Below are positions 25,683 to 38,632 of a DNA stretch of 64,000 bases, in pieces; position 1 is the first letter of the stretch, and every line of letters starts with the position of its first letter. The DNA is taken from contig NW_027266319.1 in the NCBI RefSeq assembly GCF_022045235.1, positions 2,914,001 through 2,978,000 on the forward strand, in the 5' to 3' direction. Below the pieces are notes generated by a model, which saw nothing but the letters and a program-made list of their open reading frames with translations, did no database searches and was not told where the DNA came from. The stretch comes from Haliotis cracherodii (taxonomy: Eukaryota). Made by a program: the position numbers and the translations under genes.

Positions 25683-25894
25683 CCAAAGAAGTAGGAGACA
25701 CTAGGAAATAACAGATTGTTACTGACATACAAGGAGCTATCGAGTGACGGCAGTGGATAGATAAGTAAAATAAGAACTAGGTGTAACATGACAATCAACA
25801 GAACATGTTGGCCGTGTATTGTAAGGGTGCAATGGTAAGCGCGGCATGGTCCGAACGTACGGGTGGCGTCATGTCCCAGGCGTGCTCTATAGTT

Positions 25895-26160
25895 TTTTTT
25901 GTTTTGTTTTTTGTTTAAGGCCATACTCAGCAATATTCCAGCTATATGACGGCAGTCTGTAAATAATCGAGTTGGGACCAGACAATCCAGTGTCTGACAT
26001 CATGAACATCAATCCACGCAATTGGAATACAATAACATGTATCAACCAAGTCAGCGAGCCTGACCACCCGGTCCCGTTAGTCGCCTTTCACAACAAGCAT
26101 TGTCGCCTTTTACGGCAAGAATGGGTTTCTGAAGACCTATTCTACCCCGGATCTTCACAG
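25895..26160 (-). mobile_element. Family C element
   Basis: Reverse complement of 27192-27458. Confidence 0.85.
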
Positions 26161-26777
26161 GTCTGTCCACAGACCAATGGTTAGGAGACATGGTCATTGC
26201 ACGCTGGTCTGCTGGTGGTGGTGGTCAGTTATGATGGGCATGACCTGTTATTTGGCCTCACGGACCACGTTATAAACCTGGGAGGCTGTGTTTCACATCG
26301 CAACGACTGGGCATAGAATGCGATAACACCTGCTAGGAAAACCTTCACGTGTTAAGAAAAATGCCGTTCTGAACTACTGAATGCAATGACTGTATATGCT
26401 ACGTAGAATTGCCACAGAATTTCATTTCTATTTTGCCGTTAATGTTTTATATTTACATTAAACTCGACTATTAAGTGAGTGAGTGAAATTAATGTTAAGT
26501 CCTGTCCCGTCACGCCAACTATCAAGGAACCATCAATTATCTTTGTGAAGCTGAAATTGAGATGAATACAGGCTGCTAGAGCTAAAACAGAGAGGAGAAT
26601 GAAACGGGATGGCTGTTGTATAAGATAACAGTTCCTGGGGTCTTTGAGACAGGCAGGTTGAGGCACAGGCAGAACACTACAGTAGCCAGGGCTCGCCGTC
26701 CTGTAGAATGGCCCGTCTTGACCCCACGGCATCACCGCCCGGTTTGCCTTCAGTGACCACGTCAGCATCTCAGATAA

Positions 26778-27050
26778 GTGAGGTGTGGTGAAATGGGGTT
26801 TAACGTCGCGTTCAAGTTTATTGCACTTATATAGCGACATGCGTGTTGCTGCTTGTAATGCCGTTTTTATAGTGCTAGCCCACTGAGATACCATGCTGCA
26901 ATTCAGACACAGTATACTGACACCAAGCCGACCAGTCCTTGTTTTAGCCCCTAAATGCCGAGCGCCAGGCAGGGTAACAACAAGTACCATCTTTTAACGA
27001 TGTTTGATATGACGCGGCCGGGAAAGAACACCCAACCTTCCGCTCTCTGG
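26778..27050 (-). mobile_element. Meta-domain SINE (family D), 5'-truncated
   Basis: Matches 40507-40857. Confidence 0.85.
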
Positions 27051-27191
27051 AACATATCTGACAGACCAGCTAGTAGTGAAGTAAAGTTTCACTGACAGCA
27101 GAGATGCGATCTGAATGTTGGTGATAGTCGGCTCAGCATGTGTATGAGGTCACGGTTCAGATCGAAATAAATATGGTTAAAATAGTGAAGT

Positions 27192-27458
27192 ACCGTGAAG
27201 ATCCGGGGTAGAATAGGTCTTCAGCAACCCATGCTTGCCGTAAAAGACGACTATGCTTGTCATAAGAGGCGACTAACGGGATCGGGTGGTCAGGCTCGCT
27301 GACTTGTTTGATGCATGTCACTGTATCCCAATTGCGTGGGTCGTTGCTCATGATGTCAATCACTGGATTGCCTGGTCCCGACTCGATTATTTACAGACCG
27401 CCGTCATATAGCTGGAATATTGCTGAGTGCGGCGTTAAACAACAAACAAACAAACAAA
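27192..27458 (+). mobile_element. Family C element with TSD
   Basis: ccgtgaagatccggggtagaatagg..., (caaa)n tail, flanking direct repeat aaaatagtgaag. Confidence 0.9.
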
Positions 27459-27610
27459 ATAGTGAAGCAACCTGTATTCTAATCAGCATATATGCAACTT
27501 CAGACAGTGATGTTGTTGCTTGTGTGTTGTGTAACGACGCAATCGTCAATGTTCCAGTTCCAGCAACATACATGACGACGGCCTGTAACCAATCGCGACA
27601 GACAATCCAG

Positions 27611-28000
27611 ACCCGTGAAGATTCAGGGGTAGAATAGGCCTTCAGCAACCCTTGCTTGCCGTAAAAGGTGACTAACGGGATCGGGTGGTCAGGCTCGCTG
27701 ACTTGGTTGATGCATGTCATCGATCCCAATTGCGTGGATCGATGCTCATAATTTTAATCACTGGATTGTTTGGTCCAGACTCGATTATTTACAGACCGCC
27801 GTCATATAGCTGGAATATTGCTGAGTGGGGCGTTAAACAACAAACCAACCAACCAACCAGACAATCCAGTGATTGACAGACAACTATCCACACAGTCGGT
27901 ATACGATGGCCATTTATTGGTCAAGTACCACCTGATCAATTTACTCGCTCTTTAGACAAGCATAGGTTGCTGGAGACCAATTCTAACCCGGAATCTTCAC
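27611..28000. mobile_element. Family C element (+, 27611-27857) joined tail-to-tail to a degenerate inverted copy
   Basis: Single-hairpin variant of the head. 27858-28000 matches the reverse complement of the body and head. Confidence 0.8.
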
Positions 28001-28614
28001 CTGCTGTTGTCATGTGCATGTACACATGCATGTATCCGATATTCTACATCCGTACTCTATTTCCCTGTACACTATCCAAGCTGATACGACAAGAAGATGA
28101 TCCATCACGGGAAGAAGACGCGGAGCTTACGTTGGCGAGAACGACTGTGGCCACTCTCTATAATAGTGCACAATGTCAAGGTCACGGACACAAAGCATTA
28201 TGATGTATATTGAGAAGTTGCATGATCTTGTCAATGAAATCCAAAAAATCCAAATGTATATGGAACGATATCAAAAATAGGTTTGATCCAAAAATATTTT
28301 GATTCTAAAATGAGAACAAAATAAATGATACAGTGTTTGTTTTTTATGTAATTGAACTGTTCTTAAATTTCACAATGGCTTTTTAACCGCCACTCATTCC
28401 TGCAGCAGTTTGTAATACGTCATCTGTGCCTGGGTATTTTCTTTTGCAAAAAATGGTTCAATGAACAGATATTTGATACTTATAGCAAGGGGAGAGTATG
28501 TCCCTCCTCTCGGAACAAAATAGATCTGAATAAATAGTACATAATTCATTTTGACATTAGCGCTTTCTAAATCCGGTCTTCGTGCAGTGGAATAACGGTA
28601 CATGTCACTCCACA

Positions 28615-29492
28615 GCTGGTGTTAAGCATTAATTACAGTGTAAAGTCAGCGTAAAGTCAGTGTTAAGTCAGCGTAAAGTCAGTGTTAAGTCAGTGTTCAG
28701 TCAGTGTAAAGTCAGTGTTAAGTCAGTGTTCAGTCAGTGTAAAGTCAGTGTAAAGTCAGTGTTAAGTCAGCGTAAAGTCAGTGTTCAGTCAGCGTAAAGT
28801 CAGTGTAAAGTCAGTGTTCAGTCAGCGTAAAGTCAGTGTTAAGTCAGTGTAAAGTCAGTGTTAAGTTAGTGTAAAGTCAGTGTTAAGTTAGTGTAAAGTC
28901 AGTGTTAAGTCAGCGTAAAGTCAGTGTTAAGTCAGTGTTCAGTCAGTGTAAAGTCAGTGTAAAGTCAGTGTTAAGTCAGCGTAAAGTCAGTGTTAAGTCA
29001 GTGTAAAGTCAGTGTTAAGTTAGTGTAAAGTCAGTGTTAAGTTAGTGTAAAGTCAGTGTTAAGTCAGCGTAAAGTCAGTGTTCAGTCAGCGTAAAGTCAG
29101 TGTAAAGTCAGTGTTCAGTCAGCGTAAAGTCAGTGTTAAGTCAGTGTAAAGTCAGTGTTAAGTTAGTGTAAAGTCAGTGTTAAGTTAGTGTAAAGTCAGT
29201 GTTAAGTCAGCGTAAAGTCAGTGTTAAGTCAGTGTTCAGTCAGTGTAAAGTCAGTGTAAAGTCAGTGTTAAGTCAGCGTAAAGTCAGTGTAAAGTCAGTG
29301 TTCAGTCAGTGTAAAGTCAGTGTTCAGTCAGCGTAAAGTCAGTGTTAAGTCAGTGTAAAGTCAGTGTTAAGTTAGTGTAAAGTCAGTGTTAAGTTAGTGT
29401 AAAGTCAGTGTAAAGTCAGTGTAAAGTCAGTGTTAAGTTAGTGTAAAGTCAGTGTTAAGTCAGTGTAAAGTCAGTGTTAAGTCAGTGTAAAG
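28615..29492. repeat. 11-bp minisatellite with higher-order variant blocks
   Basis: Units aaagtcagtgt, taagtcagtgt and tcagtcagcgt. Confidence 0.95.
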
Positions 29493-30079
29493 CTAGGGCA
29501 CTACATGTTATATCCTGCGGTGGTGGGGATGGGGTATTAAGTCATGCATACATGTACGCTCTTATTCGGTTTAATATTGAGACCTTTCAAGGATGTAACA
29601 ATTCACGTAAGACATGTTGCAGAATTTGGACTGAATGGCTGAGTGAGTATTGTTTTACGCCGCTTTTAGCAATATCACCAGAAATGGGCTATAGTATTGT
29701 CCGGCATTAGGCAACAAACAAACAAACACGTACATTGTGCATGAAACTTGTGTGAGTAACGGGTACTACCGGTTGAGCAGAGCACGCTTACCCTTGTCAG
29801 TCATCCATTCACATAATTGCCATCACTTTTATGCCGTTTGTGCTTCGAACCATAACTAATATCTCTTGAATATGAGTAATCCCTGCCCTGTCCTCCATTT
29901 TGAGAAACTTCACCAGGATATAATAACGTTGTGCGACATCAGACATCGTTTGCTGGAAGAGCCTGTAAGACATAGCTGTTTAGTGATGTCGTTGCCTAGT
30001 GTCAGGAACATTGTGGATGTTGATGAATGATTTTAATTTGTTTGATTGAAGCTGAGTCGTTTAATCGCTTACATTTGTC

Positions 30080-30236
30080 TGAGTGAGTATTACACCGCTT
30101 TTAGCAATATTCCAACAATATCACGACGAGGGACACTAGAAATGGGCTTCACATATTGTACAAATGTAGGGAATTAAAATTGGGTCTTCGGCGTAACGAG
30201 CGAACGCTTTAACCACTAGGCTACCCCACCGCCCCG
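30080..30236 (-). mobile_element. Family A SINE
   Basis: Reverse complement of the family A consensus. Confidence 0.88.
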
Positions 30237-30704
30237 GGAGAATTTTGAGACGCGTGAAAATGTGAAACGCTACATGATTCAGTGCTCTGGGCATAATAAC
30301 ATAAAACAGAATCTCAGAAGTGATGTGCTTGAAGCTGATGATTCAGTTTTTTAGCTACAGTTTTTGGCCCGATATCATGTATGGCTCCGTGCCTCTTAAT
30401 CTGGAAATAACCATGCAATCCCGATAGGCCCGGAATGACTTAAACAGATTTAGTTCTATGATTTGAAATCATATTAACGCTCTATCATGTCGATTTACAC
30501 CTTTTTATTGAACGAGTATTTCATGTTTCAGAAATGAAAGTGTCTGCTTTAGCTGTTAACTCGTATATATATTCCAATCATTGCTTTATATATATGATGT
30601 GATGATGGGAAAGAGAAAAGAAAAGAATAACGTCTGCTTCATGATGTGGGCTAAAACCTAAAGCAGATGAAGCAGATGTAATGATATGTTCTCACACCAC
30701 AAGG

Positions 30705-31360
30705 TGGGATGAATGTACAAACATAACAATATAATGACAAAGCCAATGGGATTGGATAATGTACAGAGATAACAATATAATGACAAAGCCAACGATGTTG
30801 GATGAATGTACAAAGATTACAATATAATGACAAAGCCAATGAGATTAGATGAATGTACAAACATAACAATATAATGACAAAGCCAATGGGATTGGATAAA
30901 GTACAAACATAACAATATAATGACAAAGCCAATGGGATTGGATGAATGTACAAACATAACAATATAATGACAAAGCCAATGGGATTGGATAAAGTACAAA
31001 CATAACAATATAATGACAAAGCCAATGGGATTGGATGAATGTACAAAGATTACAATATAATGACAAAGCCAATGAGATTAGATGAATGTACAAACATAAC
31101 AATATAATGACAAAGCCAATGGGATTGGATAAAGTACAAACATAACAATATAATGACAAAGCCAATGATGTTGGATGAATGTACAAAGATTACAATATAA
31201 TGACAAAGCCAATGAGATTAGATGAATGTACAAAGATTACAATATAATGACAAAGCCAGTGAGATTTGATGAATGTACAAACATAACAATATAATGACAA
31301 AGCCAATCAGATTGGATGAATGTACAAACATAACAATATAATGACAAAGCCAATGGGATT
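30705..31360. repeat. 46-47-bp minisatellite
   Basis: Unit gatgaatgtacaaacataacaatataatgacaaagccaatgggattg, about 14 copies. Confidence 0.95.
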
Positions 31361-33810
31361 AACAGGAGATGATTCAGTTACGTACAGGTCTAGTGACGAC
31401 AAGGTGCCGACACAAGCCATCATGTTCGGATAGAGATTTGTTTCTTATCATGCATTTGGTTCAATCTGAAGTTAAAAGAACAAGCATTTGCAAACTAACA
31501 CAATTGTTTCTGTCTTCTTCCTTTGATAGACTACAATTGCATATTTTTTTATTCAGATGGTAATAGATAAAAAGTTGAGGTATAGTGAGGAACAAAAGAA
31601 ACTATACCCCTCAGTTGTTAATCATGTTTGAGCGATATTGTGTGCAAAGCATGATCCGACCTGGCTCTTCGTCAGCACTCAGAGAATACGTTCTACATCT
31701 TCTCTCTGAAAATCAATAAAGGCGCTTTTTTAGGGCACAAATTTACATTTTAAACATGGAAGGCGTCATGTGGTTGCAAATTCAGTTTTACTTCAGTCAT
31801 CATTGAACCAATTTCGTTTTTCACAAAATTACCCAGCCACAGATTACTTTTTATAAACTGTTGCAGGAATCAGTGATGGTTAAATGGACATAATCAAATT
31901 TAACAACAGTTCTTCCAATTTTCAATGAAATAAAAACAAACTGGGTATACTTTCTTTTGCTCCTCCGTGTATTTACTCAAATAAAAGCTGATATCAGCAG
32001 TGACATTTCATGTCACAGTGGTGACATTTTGACAGTAGTGAAAGTTAAACGCATTTTCCGTAATGGGCAAATCACTCAAATCTGTTGGTTCCGGAAATAG
32101 GGAAGGAGGCTCGTTAATTCTACTTCGATTCAAGTGATTCTGCCGTCCTCAACCATGTTATCTTGATATGACATTTCTCTATAATTCTGCATTATGACCC
32201 ACAGTTGGATCCGGCTTTCGTGTGTTTTTGCGCAAAAACTATTTCAATACTTTTATTTAAAACTTCATTAATCTTAATTGGTTTGATATGTTTCCAAGTG
32301 CAGTACACCGAAATACTTCGAGTTTGTCTGTTCAATATATTCAGGAAACATTCGGCGTATCCCCTCTCATCAATAGACCCTCCAGGAAGGACCCTTAATC
32401 TCCAGCGCTATCTATAAATGTCAATTAACACCTCCTTGCGTCGCCAGATCTTACGTATGTACATATATACACGTGGGTCAATGCCCTTGCCTCAAGTACA
32501 AAACTTGCCTCAATGTACAAAACCTGACTGACATGGTTAGTCAGGGAGACGGGGCAGATCACCGACTTGTGGAAGCGACAGAGCGCGTCTTCGCACCCGG
32601 AAACATTGGCCACTCGGTCCCAGTGTGCGTTCTGTCCCGTTATTTTCAACCTGTACCATATCGACCTGCAGCAATAAATATACATGGCTGCTGTCGTAAA
32701 CTTCACCCCTGACTTTTGTCTTCTGTCCCCACCCTAAGCTACCATCCGAGGGCGAAATTTAGGCTCTTGGACACGTACACAAAATGCACGTTGAGAATGG
32801 CCAGGGTATTTCAGACTCAGGGTCAACCGCAACAATAGCGTGACGTCGTTATTATTGTTCAATGAAATGAAACTTTACACTTGTATACATATCTATTCAA
32901 TACAAAATACATGAAGGGCAAAATGCATCGGCGAGTGCACCCAGTTATGATGGCCCAGCGACTGATTAAAGAATGCACGAACACGTGACAGTCATGTGGG
33001 GCACAAGAGCCAGTGGGGGAATGAGAATCTCGCCCGAGTGTCTTTGATATCAAATATAGTAAATTATGGTTATAACGAACTCAAAGGGACCTCTAATTGT
33101 GATGCAATTTCATTGCAACGATATCTCCAATGTAGACATCGCTCGATCTCACCCAAGCGATATCTCCTGTGGGAGCCAGTTTTGGATGATAAGGTACAGT
33201 CTTGTACCGGGTATGTCTACCACCCGATCACAGACTTGGAACGTCTACCCATAGACGCACTCAGATCCTGATAGTGTTCTGTGGAATGATGTCACTCCCT
33301 CTGGAGTGTCTGTGGCTCCCTGGAGGTGAGTGGGCTTGGTGATGTCACTCGGTGGGACCCGTCCATCAAGGATATTGTCCTACAGCTACTTTTACGTTTT
33401 AACGTTTAAAAATGTTCATACAGATTTACATGAATTATAAGCACAAGGAAAAATAAGGTTATGAATTAAAACATTAAAGTAAAACCTTATCGTCAAGCAC
33501 TGTTAGCGCACTGACGTCACACTAAAAGTTCCTTTTAGGTAGTTAAGTGTCACAGCTTGGCCTGTTCGTGTTATGTGACGTTGTCCGTCATGTGTAATTC
33601 ATATCAGCTTTCGGAACAGCAGCGTATTTAGACAGTTGTAATGATTTTCGGAGCTTTTGGAAAGCAATATGAAAGCTAGTCATAGCCAGTGATAGAGATA
33701 ATGGTATGCCGTGGGAAGTCGAGGAAAATGGGATTTTCGGACAGAGGTGATGTTCTCAATAAGTGGAAAGACGATTATGGCTTCTTATGTGTATAGAATA
33801 CCTACCCGGG

Positions 33811-33947
33811 CATGGGCGGATACAGCTTTTTTGAAAGGGTGGGGGTGGGGGGTTGGTGGTGGTGGTGGTGGGGGATGCACAATTAGGATCTATTTATTGT
33901 CTTTGGTGGTAATTTATACAGAAATAAGGATGTTTTTCCACATAAAA

Positions 33948-33983
<36 letters not shown>

Positions 33984-34007
33984 TCCCCCCCTCTGTATCC
34001 GCCCATG
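33811..34007. mobile_element. G-rich MITE with 15-bp TIRs
   Basis: catgggcggatacag at 33811-33825 and ctgtatccgcccatg at 33993-34007, with internal poly-G. Confidence 0.75.
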
Positions 34008-34009
34008 CC

Positions 34010-35900
34010 GAGGTTTGGTGATAGCCATCTACGGAAAGTATGCCATGAGTCTGAAAACAATCTAGTGACACAAGATTTGACTTCAGGTTCAACTGACCTT
34101 GATCATCCAAATTCCAGGGCTGAGGTTGAATGTGCGATTGCACGTGCTAATCGGGGGAAGGCTGCAGGACATGACCTACTTCCAGTGGAGTCCCTAAAGA
34201 ATGCGAGTTGCACTGACATTCTGTTCAGATTGTTTTCCCACTGTTTCGAAAACGATGTTTGCCCTGATATTTGGCGCACTAGTATTATTATTCGAATTTA
34301 GAAGGCAGATACTGATCCCTGTGGCCCCCTGGGTTATCAGGGTATTTCACTCTGTCAGTACCATGTCAGATTTGTTCAGATAGACTAATACTCGACCTAA
34401 TAGATGACTGGACATTAGTTATGTATCAGGTGATGAACAAAATGGTTTCCGTTCTAGGCGCAACACACAAGAGCCCATATATAGTCTATATTTGGTTGTA
34501 AACAATAGGAACATGTCTACTTATGTTTGTTACATTGATGCCATAAAATCATTCGATTGGGTTAACCGTCGCTGTCTGTGGTATACACTATTGAAACTTG
34601 GTGTTAATGGTAAATGTCTCTATGCTGAGCAGTCCATGTACGACAATACTTGGTCATGCGTTCGTGTAAATAATTGTAACACCGGTTAGTTCCCTGTGAC
34701 GCCAGGAGTGCGCCAGGGGTGTGTGCTGTCACCAACGCTCTTTTCAGTTTTCATAAATGGTTTTGCTGAAGAAATCAATTTCCTAGATTCTGGTATTCAT
34801 CTGGGCGGCTCCATGTTGAGTATATTACTGTATGAGGACGACGTCGCGCTTATTGCGCCCGATGAGAATTCGTTGCAGTGCATGTTGGATTGCCTAGCTC
34901 GCTGGTCCTCGCAGTGTCGACTCTCAGTAAATGTTAAGAAAACTAAAATTGTACACCACCGTCCTCAGTCTGCTGTTACAAGATCCGGATTTAATTTCAC
35001 ATTTGGTTGTGATCACACTGACATTATTCATGCTTATAAATATTTAGGTATTTGGTTGCAAAGAGCATCTTGACTCGAACTTTACAGCATCAGAAATAGC
35101 TACATCTGAGAGGAGCACTCGGAGTCCTGATATGCAAGTCTAAATTAGCTGATGGTATGGCTTTTAATGTTTGAAATGATTAATGTAACACTCTGTGTGA
35201 AAACCTAGACCAGCCAGTCTTATCTTATGGCTCTGGTATTCGGAGAACGAGACAGTTTAGTTGCATTAACTCTGTTCAAAACACAGCTGCAAGAGTTTTT
35301 CTCTGTGTTGGTAAAAACCCCTCCCAATTTAACAGTTAGAGGTGAGATGGGTTGTCTTCTTTAATTAAAAAGGGATTCGAAATGTTACGGTTTCCCTTCT
35401 GTCGATGAAAACAGGACTCTATTTCTAGACGGTCTGTACACGTTTTCAAATCCTGGAACAACCTTAACTCTGTTGTTTCATTGTTGAATACGCTTCAGTG
35501 ACCTGGCCCTGATTTGTACAGTATGTCTGGTTTAGATGTTCATTGTGCGAAAGCCTGGTTCGACTCTCTTGACTATACTGATTGGTTAACGGGTCTATGG
35601 AATGACAGGGGTGAACATCCATACTTACTGACTGTTTAAAGATATTGTGCCTGTAGAACCGTATGTTAGTACAATCATGAATAGGTCACAACGCTGTATT
35701 TTAAGCAAATTCCGCTGTGGTATTCCCCCCTTAGAAGACGAGGTTGGTTGGCTTGATTCAAAGAATTCGTTACCCTTTGTAACACAAATACTGTTGAGGA
35801 TGAAACTTGTTTTTTAACTCTGTAACATCTGTGCCAACATATGATTTTAACTTTCAATTTTAATAATGTTTCTATTGGCCAGTAATTTTATATATGCTTC
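34010..35900 (+). mobile_element. Degraded CR1/L2-group LINE ORF2 (RT and C-terminus)
   Basis: GKAAGHD, DEQNGFRS, YIDAIKSFDWVNR, GVRQGCVLSPTLFSVFIN, LYEDD (decayed YADD) and YKYLGI. Confidence 0.9.
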
Positions 35901-36049
35901 CAATAACGAAACTCATGTATTTACAGATACGTGACACCTTAAACTATTTTTCTTCTTCTTCTTCTACCTGCATGTTAAGTCTATGATATGTACGCAGATG
36001 AATAATAATGAAACTTCCCCCCGCCCTATGTTTTCTCATAATAGGCACG

Positions 36050-36305
36050 TTCCGAGGTAGAAGATGTCTTCAGCAACCCATGCTTGCCGTAAAAGGCGAC
36101 TATGCTTGTCGTAAAAGGCGACTAACGGGATCGGGTGGTCAGGCTCGCTGACTTGGTTGAAGCATGTCATCGTATCCCAATTGCGTGGATCGATGCTCAT
36201 GGTATTAATCACTGGATTGTCTGGTCCAGACTCGAATATTTACAGACCGCCGTCATACAGCTGGAATATTGCTGTGTGCGGCGTGAAACAAACAACAAAA
36301 ACAAA
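36050..36305 (+). mobile_element. Family C element
   Basis: High identity to 27192-27458. Confidence 0.88.
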
Positions 36306-36748
36306 CATTAAACGACAAGGCTAATCCCATACTTCCCTGAGGGTTTATACAGAGCTCAAGTATGAAACCTTAAAGAAACGTAACAGACTGTGTCAGTAAC
36401 GCTCTATGGAATCTTTTACGGCAAATGTCAAAGACTGATTATTCTCTGGCACTGACAGTTTGAATTTATGTTTCCACTAGATGCTATCGGGTTCTCATTT
36501 ACACCTTGTGAAACACGTGCCACTTTCGTACAAAGTCACTTGCCTGAGGAAATATCAGGAAGCTTTACAACTGTACTGTACTTCACCCATTGACATTGCT
36601 TGTTTGGTGTGTGCACTCCGCACATGGCAACGTTACACATCGTCAATATGGAGTCAAAGTTCTCTTCTCCTGTTTACACCGAGAACAATCTATTTCTCCG
36701 TCCATGTTTCGGGAAAAACATATTTGGACGTTAGCATCATTCGCACTG

Positions 36749-36791
36749 GGGGCCGTAAATGCCACAATATTCGTCGACATGAGAACCCCCC

Positions 36792-36822
<31 letters not shown>

Positions 36823-36975
36823 GTGGGGTAGCCTATAGCTAGTAGCTAGTAGTCTTCACGCCGAAAACCCGGGTTCGATTCCCCGCATGGGTACATTCCG
36901 TGAAGCCCATTTCTGGTGTCCCCCGCCGTGATAGTGCTAGAATATTAATAAAATCGGCGTAAAACAAAACTACAC
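36749..36975 (+). mobile_element. Family A SINE with extra 5' sequence (poly-C and (ca)n), flanked by a 12-bp TSD
   Basis: TSD tcattcgcactg at 36737-36748 and 36976-36987. Confidence 0.85.
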
Positions 36976-37847
36976 TCATTCGCACTGTTTGCATCGTTGA
37001 CATCTCGAGGCATGGAAGTGTACAAACGAGAGGCTTCCCAATCTGGTTAATACACGAACCTGAACAAATAGCGACACAATCCAAGCAGGCAACAAGCTTA
37101 ACTGAACACATATTGAAAGCCGCATCTATCTAAATAATATAAATGATTTTGAATTTGCATGCCTCTAGCATTGTTGAGATCAATAACACATCCAAAAATA
37201 AAAAGGAAAAGATCTAAGAATGGAAATATTAGAAAGACGTCTGGCTCAGAGATCCCATGTGATTGTAATCGATGTTTCCTCTTCTCGGCCTATGTTATTT
37301 TTACTGAACAATTCTATTTTTTTTGGGTGTGAATTACATTCCTGATGTCCCTCGTCGTGATTTTGCGGGAACATTGCTAAAGGTCGTACTCTATTTTTTG
37401 CCATGACAACTAAACAAATTTAAACCCTAGATCATAAAAACGGATTATGGTCGGCGACAAGACATTTCGCTAGCCAGGTTTGCTGCCTGCTCCACCATGC
37501 AAGGACAATGTCCTGAAAAAATAATCTAGGAACCGATTTTGAACATTAGCATTATTAGCTATATAGAGAGCATCAGGGAATATTAACCATGTGAAGCGGC
37601 TACTTCAACTGTAGCTATCCATTGTCACTCTTCCTGAACGGAAATTTAGTTTTTTTACAACAACAACAACAAACAACAATAACAGTTGTATTTATACCGC
37701 GCTGAATTTAATACAATATGTGTATGCTCAAATATACAACGCTATACTTAAATATTCAGACAAAGCTAATGCAGATTAAAGGCAATAGTATCTTCTGGCT
37801 CATCTAATCTTTGTTTAATTACTGGTCAGAAAACTTTAGTATTATCG

Positions 37848-38086
37848 NNNNNNNNNNNNNNNNNNNNNNNNNNNNNNNNNNNNNNNNNNNNNNNNNNNNN
37901 NNNNNNNNNNNNNNNNNNNNNNNNNNNNNNNNNNNNNNNNNNNNNNNNNNNNNNNNNNNNNNNNNNNNNNNNNNNNNNNNNNNNNNNNNNNNNNNNNNNN
38001 NNNNNNNNNNNNNNNNNNNNNNNNNNNNNNNNNNNNNNNNNNNNNNNNNNNNNNNNNNNNNNNNNNNNNNNNNNNNNNNNNNNNNN
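37848..38086. other. Assembly gap
   Basis: Run of N. Confidence 1.
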
Positions 38087-38489
38087 CACATATTTTTGAG
38101 TTATTCAAGTTTTTGAGCACGATCATTGTGTATATTCACAGTTATTGTCTTTGCCCTATTTCTTAAACTACAAAACTACAAAAACAGTACCTTTAGTGTG
38201 ATGATTGATGACACATGCCTCCCACGTAGCCTGATGTGAGTAGAAAGCCCGAGGTGATACAGGTTTTAGATGTTCACCAATTAGTGAAACCCACGAGCAA
38301 GGGGATCGCTATAGTACTGAAATGTGTGGAATTAATAACTATTATCGTACATTAAAATGGTGTAATATTTTGGCAGAATCATTACATCGTTCATTTGGGT
38401 GCATAACAGCAAATATATTTTCTGTAAGAGTTAACATGTTGAGTTTCAACAAATAACATGTGTAGGAAATTTATCATTGTATCCAGAGT

Positions 38490-38632
38490 ATGTGAGTGGC
38501 GACTTACGCCGCGTTAAACAATATTCTGTAGTGTCAGTGGACTCCAGAAAGGGCTTCACGCATGCGGGAAATCGAACCCGGGTTTTCGGCGTGTTGAGCG
38601 AAGGCTTTAACCACCAGGCTACCCCACTGCCC
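38490..38632 (-). mobile_element. Family A SINE
   Basis: ggaaatcgaacccgggttttcggcgtg..taaccac.aggctacccc. Confidence 0.8.

Larger units (their letters stand above)
26540..37059 (-). pseudogene. Candidate ZP-domain gene remnant (copy B); exons ~37059-36587 (SINE-interrupted), 33379-33153, 32665-32533, 28525-~28400, ~26770-26540
   Basis: AG/GT boundaries with matching phases 0/0, 2/2 and 0/0. Joined peptide ..AMCG../..SECVYG*..PGTRLYLII..EISLGSIWYRLKIT..VSGC../..SLKANRAV..FY..YC-x9-C-x6-C with a hydrophobic tail. In-frame TAG at 33245-33247. Confidence 0.5.

Noticed and set aside
30651-31186. Repetitive hydrophobic ORFs (also 47450-47834)
   Set aside because: They are translations of minisatellites.
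31620-31680. Minus-strand hammerhead CUGACGA-AGAGC..GCUC-AAAC
   Set aside because: The essential G of GAAA is missing and there is no GUC cleavage triplet. At best it is a dead pLTR remnant.
32533-33379. Cache-domain (CACHD1/alpha2delta-like) reading of these exons
   Set aside because: Only short motif resemblances (IPGT, YRL). The ZP layout explains all the exons and Cys positions better, though a search should settle it.
33711-34301. 196-aa Gly-rich ORF
   Set aside because: Chance read-through of a poly-G MITE into a LINE RT remnant.
37811-38126. ORFs made of X residues
   Set aside because: Artefact of the assembly gap.
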